Shown: positions 7,249 to 18,200 of the stretch, piece after piece
How positions within the stretch are numbered: the stretch's first letter is position 1
Layout: every line of letters begins with the position of its first letter
IMG/VR virus record: IMGVR_UViG_3300038805_000284
Source of the DNA: an uncultured virus (IMG/VR IMGVR_UViG_3300038805_000284)
Lineage: Duplodnaviria; Heunggongvirae; Uroviricota; Caudoviricetes
Reading direction: 5' to 3' (one strand)
Length of the DNA: 64,000 nt
Position numbers and translations under genes: made by a program
Notes under the pieces: model-generated
Databases searched by the model: none
What the model was told of the DNA's origin: nothing
Seen by the model: only the letters and a program-made list of their open reading frames with translations

Positions 7249-10200
7249 GAACACCCGGATGAAGTACCGCAAACGGAACAGTAATCGCATGTTCCAGATC
7301 TAAACATCATGCCACCACAATCAGGACAAATACTCCCTGTCATTTCTTTCGTCGCTTTCTCCTCTTCTTGTTTGATAAACGTCAACTCTAACCACCTGGC
7401 AATGTAATCCATTATCGATGTTGTTAGCGGAATCTTAGGGTTTGCTGTAATGCCGCAAGGATCAAACTTAGTCCCTTTCATTTTGTCTACAATCTTTTCT
7501 AACGGCACACCGTACTGCAAACCCAATGAAACGATTGTTGCAAAAGAATCCATGACGCCAGACACTAATGTACCTTCTTTGGCCATCTTTATGAATAGTT
7601 CACCGACATCCCCATTCTCATACTTACCTGCGTGAAGGTATGCTTCGTATCCACCAATATCTAATTTGTGGGCAATGGCTTCACGGGTATCTTTAAGGCG
7701 TACCCTATTATCTGTTTTCCGTAGCTCAACTTTAACAGGTTCAGGATCCTTCTTAACTTCTGTTAAGGGTTGCAAACTCTTAGAGCCATCGCGATATACC
7801 GCGATACATTTTAAACCCTTTTTCCAAGCATAGATATAAGACTGTCGAATGTCTTCAACTTTACTATCTGCTGACATGTTCACGGTGTTGTGGTTAATAA
7901 TACCATTCCCGATAAATGTATTGTTAGCCGGTACATGGAAATCATAAACCTTTGCAATCGATTGTTCAATGGAAACTACTTCTGAAAATGTTATACCGTT
8001 TTCAAAAACAGATTTAACAGGATCGGGCAAAGAGTATATGTGACCGTTGACCGCATTGAGTACGCTATTATATGTTGGTACTAACCCTCTGACCATGTAA
8101 GTTTGATAAAAAGAAACTATAGAAGGATGTGTAGTCGGAACCCCTCTTCTCTTGATATTATCTTCAATATCCTTAAGATAACAAGGGAATTTACCACTTG
8201 TCATACATTCATCTTTATCTTCTTTATTTGTTTTTAAGGGAAGCTTTATGGATTTTTGAATATCAGTACGATGAAAATGTCCGAACAACTTGACAAACTT
8301 ACCTATACCAGGGTAACGAACTCTAATAGAACCGGAATACCTATCATCCGCATCAATTATGTAACTTTCGATTCCGAAATTATCAAGCAATGATTGCAAT
8401 TGCTTTTTAAACTTACTATGATCATTCCTGTAACTTATGTATTCGGTTCTGTACCGATTTCTGCTTTCAAAACTTCCACGTAACCACAACCCTTTTATGA
8501 AATTTTGGATAACTTTTTTAGGAGATCCCATTATAACTTTAGGGATCTCTTTTGCATTAAACCCATTACCATTCACACCAATACACCGCATAAACTCACA
8601 TAAAGATGCAGACCTGTAACGAAGAGTCGGGAGCCTCCCAGTACCGTTAACGTGAAAGTAACCTTCTAATGAAAATGTTTCCCTTAAATAGTCCTTAATA
8701 ATGTCATAAAGGTAATAATTTTTAAACTTATCTGTGCGAAAATCTATACAGTCTCCATTATCACATACATTACCTAAAGCAATAAACGCCCCTATAATCC
8801 AACCTACATTCTCATCAACCTTAATCGAACAATCAATTTCCCTGTTGTATATATTATTTGAGTCGAAATAAGAAAATTTTACCCTTTCATAATTTTTAGC
8901 CCAAACATCCCCACCAATCTTGACACCTACGAATTGACCTTCTACAATTTCATCTAACCTAACCCAGTCGAAACTCCCATCTTCTTTTACGGCTTTTATT
9001 CTGTGATTAGGAGTTCCTTCAATTGTTCTACCATCTGACAAGGTAACCTTAACAGTACTTCTTTCCCCACCATAATAGAAATAGTTGGCTACTTGAGGAT
9101 CTGACTCGGAAGCTACTTTTAAGTTTATATCTGAAAAAGTATCTTCAGTTTCACCACTATAAAGATCTCCAATCTCTACAATACCTTTCTCGGTTGGTAT
9201 GAGAGTGTCCCCAGTAACGCATTTACTAATAGCCCCGTTTAAATGGGGCTGGCATGCCGCCATCATTCTAATATGATCTTTCCAATGAATCTCATTAGCT
9301 GTTTTTAACACTCCCTTATCGTAACTCTTATTTTGCGCATATTGAACACACTTAGGTTCAATAAGCAAAGAACCACCGCCTGCTAAAGTCTTTAATTGCT
9401 TTAGTGCAAACAAAGGTTCGATACCGGTGGAGTCACAATCCATAATCAGACCGATGGTTCCACAAGGGGCAAGCAATGTTAACTGCGAATTCCTAATACC
9501 GTGCTCTTTAACCCTATTAGCAGTAACATCATCTGTCAATCTTTTGGCAATCCCATAAACAGCCTCTTTGGCCTTATCACTTCTTTTGTATTCTGTAAAA
9601 GAACCTAACCTCTTTGCCAAGTCAATAGAAGTATTATAAGCAAATGTTGTCATGTTCTTAGTGACGTTCTTTGCGAATTCCCTGGCTTGTTCTGAATCGT
9701 ACGGCATTCCCATTACCATTAAAGTAGCGCCAAGATTTGAAAAGCCTAGCCCTAACGGGCGAGTCATCTTCGTAATTCTTTCAATCTCTTTTGTAGGATA
9801 GTCTGCACTTCCTACTATAATATCCATAGCAGTAATCATAACTTTAATATCTTCTTTGAAGTTATTGAAGTCAAAATCCTGCTTATCATTAAGATACTTC
9901 ATAAGATTCATAGAACTAAGATTGCATGAACTGTTATCTACGGCAAAAAATTCTGAACACTGAGCAATCAATACGCCATTAGCATAAACCAAATTATTAA
10001 TAGGTTCTGTTAGGTTGTAAGTAACTTCCTGTTCTTTTTGTTTGTCGATGTCGACAATAACTGGATTGCGATCCTTCCAATCATCAAGCTTATCGATGAT
10101 GTTATCTAATTTTTTATTGTAATTATCTGATGAAAATTTCACATGCTCTTTGAATATCTCTAATGAACCTTTATCATCTACATAAAGATGAAAATAATTA

Positions 10201-11663
10201 TCTCTAGGGTCTGAACTGAAACCTACACTAGATCTGATACCGAAAATATCCAATAGCATTTGAATATCTAATAGTTCTTTTTTGGATTTAGATTTATAAT
10301 CCAGTAAATAACTATTCTCGCTAATAAACACGTTATCTGTAAACAATTTAGACAAGTGATTACTTATATCTGTTAATCCTTTTTTCGGGAAACCGAATTC
10401 ATTGAAATCCTCATCTTCGGGATCTTCGCTAAATACCTTAACGCCAGGAAACAATTCAACTGGCATATTTAGTTTCAAATCTTTTGTTTGAATCTTCTTA
10501 CCTTCAATGTACCAATTATGGTTCTCAGTACATTTAACTTCCCGTCCATCCGATAATGTAACAACATAAATATCATTCATTCCTGTGCACATATATGCAA
10601 TCGGGTTGCTGACAACAGAATCTTTCGTGTATACACTTGGCATCCTGCCAGTCTTCACAGATTCTTCATACAGTTCTTTGATTGGGATCAATCCGTTTGG
10701 AGTATAGATAACAGTGTCGCCAGTAAAGCATGGGTTTGGTGAATCAATATCACCAAGCTGTGGAACGGGATTATCAATGTTCACACGGTCTCGAAAGATT
10801 ATCCCAGGATCGCCTGTTTCCCAGGCAATCTCGGCAGTTCTTTTCAGTACATCCTTAGCGTTAATGATCTCGCCGTTCTTTAAATTGTAAATTTGTTTGT
10901 TACGAACCTTCTGCATGAAATCATCCGTAGCAACAATAGAGTGATTCGTATTTTGAAACGAAACTGTTGCATACGCTTCTTCAGCATCCACACCGTTTGC
11001 AATTAAAATTTTTGCTTTATCCTCTTCGATTTTCTTGCAATCGATGAAATCCATAATATCAGGATGATCAATATCCATGCAAACCATCTTTGCAGATCTT
11101 CTAGTCTTTCCACCAGATCTAATAATTCCTGCTGTTGCGTCCCACATTCGCATGAAAGACAATGGGCCAGAAGCAGAACCCTTATTCGACAAGGGAGCGC
11201 CTTTGTGGCGCAGTTTGGACACGTTTGTGCCAACACCGGAACCACCTCTGAAAATCAATCCTTCGGTTGTGTTATGTTCCAGAATAGATTCCATATTGTC
11301 ATCTACCGGGACAATGAAACACGCGGAACCTTGATTCGTTGAAGTATCGGATCCTATATTGAACCAAACAGGACTGTTAAACGCAGCCCGTTGATTGATC
11401 AAAATACCTTTCAAATGAATGTTGAAGTTGTTTACTTCGTCCTCAGAATCAAAGTAACCGTTCTTTTTTCCCCATTCAGTTATTGTGTTTACAATCCTGT
11501 CTATGATTGTTACTGCGCTGTATTCGTCGCTTGTTGCGTATTTAGATGCACAAATTGTTGCTGCCCTGTCCGACCATTTCTCAGGAACCTCGAACCCCTT
11601 CTTTTCAAAAATAACCTCTTCACCTTGTTTAATGATCACGTCTACTTTGCGCGTAATTGTCAT
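7245..11663 (-). CDS. nrdJ: class II (adenosylcobalamin-dependent) ribonucleotide reductase with two inteins, C-terminal TSCPD domain and Zn ribbon
   Basis: FNSPVWFN, SACF, GGSGVG.N.S, GGKTRRSAKM, NP[intein]CSE, CNLSS, RPLGLG, APCGTIG, STGIEP, AISK[intein]TVN, GLKCIAVYRDGSK, C-terminal CPDCG...C..CG..SGCS. Confidence 0.95.
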   Translation of the reverse strand: MTITRKVDVIIKQGEEVIFEKKGFEVPEKWSDRAATICASKYATSDEYSAVTIIDRIVNTITEWGKKNGYFDSEDEVNNFNIHLKGILINQRAAFNSPVWFNIGSDTSTNQGSACFIVPVDDNMESILEHNTTEGLIFRGGSGVGTNVSKLRHKGAPLSNKGSASGPLSFMRMWDATAGIIRSGGKTRRSAKMVCMDIDHPDIMDFIDCKKIEEDKAKILIANGVDAEEAYATVSFQNTNHSIVATDDFMQKVRNKQIYNLKNGEIINAKDVLKRTAEIAWETGDPGIIFRDRVNIDNPVPQLGDIDSPNPCFTGDTVIYTPNGLIPIKELYEESVKTGRMPSVYTKDSVVSNPIAYMCTGMNDIYVVTLSDGREVKCTENHNWYIEGKKIQTKDLKLNMPVELFPGVKVFSEDPEDEDFNEFGFPKKGLTDISNHLSKLFTDNVFISENSYLLDYKSKSKKELLDIQMLLDIFGIRSSVGFSSDPRDNYFHLYVDDKGSLEIFKEHVKFSSDNYNKKLDNIIDKLDDWKDRNPVIVDIDKQKEQEVTYNLTEPINNLVYANGVLIAQCSEFFAVDNSSCNLSSMNLMKYLNDKQDFDFNNFKEDIKVMITAMDIIVGSADYPTKEIERITKMTRPLGLGFSNLGATLMVMGMPYDSEQAREFAKNVTKNMTTFAYNTSIDLAKRLGSFTEYKRSDKAKEAVYGIAKRLTDDVTANRVKEHGIRNSQLTLLAPCGTIGLIMDCDSTGIEPLFALKQLKTLAGGGSLLIEPKCVQYAQNKSYDKGVLKTANEIHWKDHIRMMAACQPHLNGAISKCVTGDTLIPTEKGIVEIGDLYSGETEDTFSDINLKVASESDPQVANYFYYGGERSTVKVTLSDGRTIEGTPNHRIKAVKEDGSFDWVRLDEIVEGQFVGVKIGGDVWAKNYERVKFSYFDSNNIYNREIDCSIKVDENVGWIIGAFIALGNVCDNGDCIDFRTDKFKNYYLYDIIKDYLRETFSLEGYFHVNGTGRLPTLRYRSASLCEFMRCIGVNGNGFNAKEIPKVIMGSPKKVIQNFIKGLWLRGSFESRNRYRTEYISYRNDHSKFKKQLQSLLDNFGIESYIIDADDRYSGSIRVRYPGIGKFVKLFGHFHRTDIQKSIKLPLKTNKEDKDECMTSGKFPCYLKDIEDNIKRRGVPTTHPSIVSFYQTYMVRGLVPTYNSVLNAVNGHIYSLPDPVKSVFENGITFSEVVSIEQSIAKVYDFHVPANNTFIGNGIINHNTVNMSADSKVEDIRQSYIYAWKKGLKCIAVYRDGSKSLQPLTEVKKDPEPVKVELRKTDNRVRLKDTREAIAHKLDIGGYEAYLHAGKYENGDVGELFIKMAKEGTLVSGVMDSFATIVSLGLQYGVPLEKIVDKMKGTKFDPCGITANPKIPLTTSIMDYIARWLELTFIKQEEEKATKEMTGSICPDCGGMMFRSGTCDYCSVCGTSSGCS
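7887..9221 (-). mobile_element. intein 2 in NrdJ (445 aa) with LAGLIDADG-type endonuclease domain
   Basis: AISK|CVTGDT ... EGTPNHRI ... GWIIGAFIALG, FIKGLW, LQSLLDNFGI ... VYDFHVP, FIGNGIINHN|TVNM. Confidence 0.92.
9960..10730 (-). mobile_element. intein 1 in NrdJ (257 aa, Gln-terminated, remnant endonuclease)
   Basis: NP|CFTGDT ... block B VKCTENHNW ... block F TYNLT, ends ANGVLIAQ|CSEF, immediately before the catalytic Cys of NPCxE. Confidence 0.88.
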
Positions 11664-11707
11664 TATATCTCCTAGATTTTAGGCAAAAGAATCCATTTGG
11701 GATCCAA

Positions 11708-11736
11708 ATTTTAGCACACCCAATAAGAACAGTCAA
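11708..11736 (-). promoter_or_regulatory. sigma70-type promoter for nrdJ-dam-ligase
   Basis: Minus strand TTGACT-17 bp-TAAAAT with extended TGn; AGGAG RBS before nrdJ. Confidence 0.75.
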
Positions 11737-11746
11737 CAGGTATTTT

Positions 11747-13021
11747 CTAAGATTTCTTTAAGATTTTGGCCGGAACCCGAATGATAGAACGCTTGCCAAG
11801 AACCGTTTCCAGACTGACATAATAATCAATTCCAGTCCCATCAATTACCGATTCAATTCTACCCTTGGTCCCTTTTGGGAAAGTCAATGTGACATTATCA
11901 GGTTTCAAACTCTTCTTCAAAGAAACCTCGTCACCTACTTCAAACCGTTTGTCTTTTGGGATTTTGACAAAGGCCGGTTCTGCTGTTTCATAATACTTGC
12001 CACGGTCTATGATACGTTTTTCAACAGGTTCAGCATCCTGGAAACCTCTCATGCGTCTATAGAATGGCATTTCTCTTCTGCGGTTTTTGTACGGAAGCCT
12101 TTCTTCTTGAATCGCCTTTTTCTTAGACTGAATCATCATGGGGTTCAAAGGCTCTTCCAAGGAAACACCCTCCATTAGTTCGGCAATGTCCGTTGCCATG
12201 GCCGGGAATGCTTCGTAACCTTCTGTAGGCATTCTCGCATTCAGGTCTTCTTCAATCTCAGCTTGCAAGGCTTCCATTTGCAAAGCATACATTTGATTGT
12301 TCAAGGATTCAATGTCTTTATACGTTTCATCCGATAACAGTTCAATGTTTTGCAGTTCTTCTTTAATTTCCATAAGTTCTTTTAGTAACAAAATAACTTT
12401 GGATTCCAAAGGATTGCCGATAAACTTGGCCATGAAATCTTTAACAGATTCGGGATCATAAATATATGATCTCTTCTTAATGCTGCCTTGAATCATAATG
12501 ATCTTGGTATTGGCCTTGGCATTCTTTAGGCGTTCCAGATCTAATTTTTCCAATTCATAAACAACTTCTCTTTGACGTTCTAACAGTTCTTCACGTCTAG
12601 GATTTTTCAAGTATTGGTTATAAGTTAAGTCAATAAAATTACCAAGCATCTCATAGGCCATAGGCTCATATTGGGTGCCTTTAAACTGCATGTACCATTC
12701 TTCCCTATCTTGAACATTATACACTGAAACCATGGAAACCCTCCGGCTTTTCTTTTGTTTGGCGCCTGCACCCATACCCAATGTGCCCCTACTTGATTCA
12801 TAAATGTCAATAGCAGCATTGGCTACATTATCCAACATCTTCTTTTCGCTATCCCCCTCTTCATTATATATGTTAGGGATGCTTTGCTTAAACACTTCTG
12901 CGCCATTCTCTTTAATCTTAACATCATAATAGCCTTCAATATCTTTAGAAGGCGTTAACGTAACCTTAAAACCCCTTAACGTAACGGCATACTCAGTGTC
13001 ATAGGTTTTCTTATGAGACAT
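11747..13021 (-). CDS. hypothetical (putative virion) protein, coiled-coil with C-terminal SH3/KOW-like domain
   Basis: 424 aa; C-terminal FEVGDEV...KGTKGRIESV...YYVSL pattern. Confidence 0.65.
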   Translation of the reverse strand: MSHKKTYDTEYAVTLRGFKVTLTPSKDIEGYYDVKIKENGAEVFKQSIPNIYNEEGDSEKKMLDNVANAAIDIYESSRGTLGMGAGAKQKKSRRVSMVSVYNVQDREEWYMQFKGTQYEPMAYEMLGNFIDLTYNQYLKNPRREELLERQREVVYELEKLDLERLKNAKANTKIIMIQGSIKKRSYIYDPESVKDFMAKFIGNPLESKVILLLKELMEIKEELQNIELLSDETYKDIESLNNQMYALQMEALQAEIEEDLNARMPTEGYEAFPAMATDIAELMEGVSLEEPLNPMMIQSKKKAIQEERLPYKNRRREMPFYRRMRGFQDAEPVEKRIIDRGKYYETAEPAFVKIPKDKRFEVGDEVSLKKSLKPDNVTLTFPKGTKGRIESVIDGTGIDYYVSLETVLGKRSIIRVPAKILKKS

Positions 13022-13023
13022 TA

Positions 13024-14226
13024 TCAGAACTTCCCTTCCATCTTCTTAACAGTTTCAGGCAAAGGTTCAATGTCACTAACAGAAACTAAATACTCTTTAC
13101 CTTTACTCTTTACGATAATCGTATTGTTTTCGGGATTGATTTCTACGATATTGCACTTGAACCCTTTACCCGTAGTAACGCTGTCCGAAACTTCCATTGG
13201 AATCTTGGTATCTTCATAATTGATAGGTGTACCGTTTATTTCCATTTCCATTTCTTTTTCAATGTCTGCATTAACCCTGTCAAGTGCTTTCCAGGACTTT
13301 ACACCGGCTCGTTTCACGCGTACGTTTACGCCGTAAGGGTTCAAGCAGTACCCATCGTTAATCAATGGGATCATCCATTGATCTTTGTTGGCTACTGATA
13401 CGTGATTCAGAATGTAATTTCTCAAAATGTAATCGTAGTTTCTCGGGAAAGTATCTCTACCTTCATTTTCTGCTGTTTTCATTTCATCTAAAACGGCTTT
13501 GTAAGCAGCATTCATTACCGGGCCTGTAGACTTGATTAGGGGCGGTCTAAGGGCTCGTTTTCTTTGCATTGGACGTGTTCTTTGAACGGGTCTTGAACGC
13601 TTGTGCAAGCGCCTGGTCATGTATGACATCGGTTCACTTTTGGTTTCTCGCCACCCCATATCGTTGCGAATTGATACAGCGTTTTCACGTTCCTGTCTGC
13701 TTAAAGGTGCATCAAACTGTTCTCGAATTTGGGGCAGTTGGTAAAAAGAAACTTTGTCAAGAAGTTGATCAATAACGTATTGCGAAATAACTTCTTTTCT
13801 GCCCTCCACGTACAAGATAGAAGGTGGGATAATCTCGCCCTTATTCACGTGAACCGGGATTGTTGCGTTTCTCTTTTGACCTTTGATAGTCCTAAAAGTA
13901 ACGTCATAATCAAACCTACCAGACACCACATTATCAGGATCAACTTTTGAGTGCTTCACATCGGAATGCTTCATATACCTAACAATGGGGGCCATTGGAT
14001 AATCAAATTGGTTCAAAGTATCCTGTAAGACTGTCGAAGCCTCTAGCGCGAAATCGCGCAAACCTTTTGTTTCAGGTCCTGCAATTTCTCTTGCGAACAT
14101 GCCAGACAGTTCATCTGAAAACTCATCTCGGCTCAAATACTCACCGATTGATTTTTGGTTATGGTATCCGTCAAGTAAAGGGTGGTTGGCCACTTTCGGA
14201 TCTTTAATCAGGTCTTCAAACTTCAT
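13024..14226 (-). CDS. hypothetical (putative virion) protein with Arg-rich linker and C-terminal SH3/KOW-like domain
   Basis: 400 aa; RRLHKRSRPVQRTRPMQRKRA linker; C-terminal VSDSVTT..G..CNIVEIN...IIVK....EYLVSVSDIEPL. Confidence 0.65.
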   Translation of the reverse strand: MKFEDLIKDPKVANHPLLDGYHNQKSIGEYLSRDEFSDELSGMFAREIAGPETKGLRDFALEASTVLQDTLNQFDYPMAPIVRYMKHSDVKHSKVDPDNVVSGRFDYDVTFRTIKGQKRNATIPVHVNKGEIIPPSILYVEGRKEVISQYVIDQLLDKVSFYQLPQIREQFDAPLSRQERENAVSIRNDMGWRETKSEPMSYMTRRLHKRSRPVQRTRPMQRKRALRPPLIKSTGPVMNAAYKAVLDEMKTAENEGRDTFPRNYDYILRNYILNHVSVANKDQWMIPLINDGYCLNPYGVNVRVKRAGVKSWKALDRVNADIEKEMEMEINGTPINYEDTKIPMEVSDSVTTGKGFKCNIVEINPENNTIIVKSKGKEYLVSVSDIEPLPETVKKMEGKF

Positions 14227-14242
14227 CTTTTGAACCGCCTTT

Positions 14243-14842
14243 TTAGTCTATATCAAAGCACAATGAATGCTCTAACCAATTTATATCACTCAAATGAGAT
14301 GCGCTCAGTTCAATTCTGTCTCGCATTTCCATATCTTCTGTGAATCTCCTCACGTCATTGTTTGATGAAAAGAAAGGGACAATGACGTCCCCCAATGATA
14401 CTCTGTTTTCTCTGCAAAATCCACCGTTAACTTCCAAAACACCGTCGCAATTTTCACATTCCCAAAGTTCTTTTGAATCAATTTCCGTGTTTCTGATAAT
14501 CTTTACAATCTTACTATCACGAATGAAAATAATGTCAAGGGGGTACTTTACACCACCTTGATGAAATCTGACATCGGAACGGGGGGCATAAGGAAAATAC
14601 ATGCCTTCATTCTCATCTAAAAAATCCGTTTGGGATAACCCTATCTTTTTCGATTCGGGATCGTTTGCAACATCGCAAGTAACTTTGACAGGCTTATCAA
14701 GCCATCGAATAATTGACTTCGTTACAGGCTCAAATGTCTCAAAACCATACCGGGAAACATCTTCATCATCATACATGAGTACGGAATCCCCTTCCCAGTA
14801 TGCGTAAACTTCTCCAAAGGACTTTGTAGATCGAACTAGCAT
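14243..14842 (-). CDS. DUF192 (COG1430)-family protein
   Basis: DVANDPESKKIGLS...LDENEGMYF...FHQ..VKYPLDIIFI...KIVKI...VLEVNGG. Confidence 0.8.
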   Translation of the reverse strand: MLVRSTKSFGEVYAYWEGDSVLMYDDEDVSRYGFETFEPVTKSIIRWLDKPVKVTCDVANDPESKKIGLSQTDFLDENEGMYFPYAPRSDVRFHQGGVKYPLDIIFIRDSKIVKIIRNTEIDSKELWECENCDGVLEVNGGFCRENRVSLGDVIVPFFSSNNDVRRFTEDMEMRDRIELSASHLSDINWLEHSLCFDID

Positions 14843-14851
14843 AAATACTGA

Positions 14852-15286
14852 CTACTTTCTTTTTGCCTTTTTGGTATCTTTTTTTGCAGGTTTCTTTGGT
14901 TCTTTTACCTCTTCAACTTTCTCTACCGGTTCAGGAACCTCTTCAACTTCTTCAACTTCTTCAACGGGTACAACTACCGGCTCAGGAACTGCGATAGGTT
15001 CTTGTACTACCTTTTCAGGTTCTTTTGATACTACCAGATACCCACGGCTTACCATGCTTTGAAGGTCTGCACTGTAAATGCAATCTTCTTTGGTCAAACC
15101 CGTACCTGCTGTCAAGTCTACCGTTTTATACGGGGGCAGATTAAAGTTGAAAGTCTTACCTTTCAGTTTGTCACGTCTGTGGTAAGTGTTCATTCCCTTC
15201 ATGGGGGCCATACCGTCAACCTTTTTAATGGTCAAAACGATAACTGTAGGAGTCTTATTGTATACTTTATAACTCATCTTGATCAC
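14852..15286 (-). CDS. hypothetical protein with E/P/V-rich and Lys-rich tail
   Basis: 144-aa ORF with GAGGTG RBS. Confidence 0.7.
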   Translation of the reverse strand: MIKMSYKVYNKTPTVIVLTIKKVDGMAPMKGMNTYHRRDKLKGKTFNFNLPPYKTVDLTAGTGLTKEDCIYSADLQSMVSRGYLVVSKEPEKVVQEPIAVPEPVVVPVEEVEEVEEVPEPVEKVEEVKEPKKPAKKDTKKAKRK

Positions 15287-15288
15287 CT

Positions 15289-18200
15289 CTAATTAGGGAA
15301 CAAAGACATAAGGTTGTCTTTACCGAAAAGTTTCTTAAGATCCGAAGGTGTCATACCTAGATCATTCAATGCCCTGCGCATTAGTTCTTGCGCCTTCTTT
15401 GCCTGCACCTCTGTTGGCGTTGCTGCTTCAACTTCCTGTGCAAGTACTTGCTGATACAACGAAAAGACTTGTGCTTCGGGTGAGGAATCATCTACACCTT
15501 TTGAAGGGTCAATCTTTTGCTTAGCAGGTGCAGGTTGCCCTTGTTGTGGTGCAGATTGCGCTTGTGGTGCCGGTTGTGGTGCCGGTGTCTGTTGCGGTGC
15601 AGGTGCAGGGGCCTGTTGTGGCGCCAATTCTTGGGCAAGCATACGAAACGCCCTGGAAGCCTTCATACGGTCGCTAAGGCTTCTTCTGCTCCTATTCCTG
15701 GCCATAGGTGCCATTTCCTGTTGCGGCGCTTGTGGAGCCTGTTGAGGGGCTTGTGGTGCTTGCGGTTGCGGAACTTCCCCTGTAGGAATCCCTGTCGGGT
15801 TCTTCTTAGGGGGCTGTCCTTGATCTAAAGGCCTAACAGGAACATTGGCCGGTTGTCCAACTTGTGAACCGGGCTTATTCAGGCTTATTTGAATAATCTT
15901 TTGCTTTTGATCTGGCGTCATCAACTGAATATCTTCGGGGGTCCACCCCAATGCTTTCAGTGACTCATCGCCAGAAGCCGGGTTAGGCTGTGCAGTTTGT
16001 ACAGGAGGGGCACCAGCCCCAGGAACACCACCAGGGGCCGGAGGCCTACCTGTTGACTTCTGCGGGGACTGTGCAGGGGCTTGTGCAGGGGCCTGTTGAG
16101 GCTCTTGGGGGGCCGGAGGCATCTCAGCCATAGGGTCCATTTCCTGCGCACGTCTACGGCGCAAATTGACCATTCTAGCGCGCATACGGGCTTTTCTTCT
16201 TAGTTCTGATTCTCGCTTCATTGACTCTTTTTTTTTTGGGTCTTTGAAATTTTTCCAAACACCCCTGGTAACGTCATTCTCTACCCACTTCTTACCATAG
16301 TCTCCGAAGTATTCACCCCAATAATCCTCTGTAGTCTTATCGGCAGCGGTAACTCCCATTTCTTTCTCTTCTTGAGTATATTGCCCAGGTTGTCTTGGTG
16401 CAGAACTTGACCAGTCATAATCATCTTCTGTACCGAAAGAACGAACTAAATGGTAAAGTTCTTCAGGGGATTCGGCTTCAATGCTGCGATTGTAACCAGC
16501 ATCTGTCCAGTCCTCATTCAGTTTAACAGATCGTTTACTTGGGCCGCGTCTGCGGCGTCTACGCAATTCATTGTTAGCGGTCCACATTTCCTCATCGCCA
16601 ATGTTCGCAAGTAATTCATCTGCGGGGGATTGTGCGACAAGTTCTTCATAAGATTTCATGCGTCTAGGCTGCGCAAAAGAATCCACAATCCTGCCTCGTT
16701 GCATTGCGCGTCTAGGTGCAGGTCTCCTAACGGGCCGTCTCAAAGCACGTCTTTGAGGGCGTCTACGGCGTGAATAAACGTCAAAGCCAATGTCATCGAT
16801 GTCCCCTTCGTACATATCATCAACATCAAGATCTGCTTCAGGACTCCAAGAATCCACAACTTCATCATCTTCTAGCAATGTTACAGGATACGGGATTTCT
16901 GTACCAAACCCACCCGTAACCAGTTCAATGTATTCTGAAAATACGTCTTTTGCTTTTGTTAAGTTTGTAGTCTGAACAAGCGTGCCGTAACCTTTGGGCT
17001 TGTCCACAACTACTTTGTAGATGACGTGTCCGCCTAAACCGGAACCTCTCACTCTTAATCGCCTGGAAGCCATGATAGATCTCCTTAATGCAATTTTGTT
17101 AGCAAACACAGAAGCGCCCTCGTTTACTTCTGACCATTCATATTCGCCTCTGTCGCCTTCGTTAATCTTAATGGAAGTAACAGTGCCGACGGGCGAACCT
17201 TTAACTTGTCCGTACAATTGTTTTAGCCAATCCTCTTCCCAGGAATCGTCTAAAATATCTTCTTTGTTGTAGCTGTTCCAACTGACATATTCGAATTCAA
17301 TAAAGTCGCCAGAAATTGTTGACGGGCTAACCGGGTCTTCAAAGCCGTCATCATAACCGGAACTTGTATTTAAGGTTAGTGCCTGCCCAATGTCACTGAC
17401 AATACCAGAATCATAAATTTGATCAACTAGTTGGTTGGTATCGCCGTCGGGTGTCCAAGAAATTCCCATACTTTCCAATTCCGGAAAACTGATTCTTACG
17501 GTGACTTTCACGTTCCCATCGGGGCCATAAGCAGAACGCTTTCTTTCTCGGGCAGCATTTCTGCCATACAGTTCGTTGTACTGCGTGAAATCTTCACCCT
17601 GGTATTCGCCACTCATACCGCCACCCATAACCATAACACGGTCTAAGGTACCGAAACCGTTTGGAATTCTGCCATAAAGACTTTCAAGATTCAAAGAATT
17701 GATGTATTTTTCAGACAAGTAATCATCTGAAACAATATCATATTCCACATAATCTTCCGTGTAATTCACAGGTGTAGTGTCGGCATGAAGCCGGATGTTT
17801 AAAGTGTCTTGAAGTGCCTGTGCGTCTTTTTCAACTTGAGGGGCAAGATCTTCAATGTACGGTCCCAGGTGGCCAGTGAACATGAAACCTAAACCGTTTT
17901 CAACATCTTCATAGTCATAAATAACCTTGAAGATAAGTGTTGCATCGGAATACGCAAACCTGCGTCGGAAAGATGCAAAGCGCTTTCTAGCATTGATACG
18001 TCTTTGTGCGGTTAATCTTGAAATAGGACGTCTAGCGCGTCTAGCTGATTTACTTTCCGTAGCTTTATGTATATCTCCTATTCTATGCACAACTTCACCA
18101 GAACTTGTCATGACTCCATGAAAAAACGCATAACCACCTTCTTTCAATTCCACATAATCTTCATCATCTCTGTAACGAGAAGCAATACTAGCAATATCCT

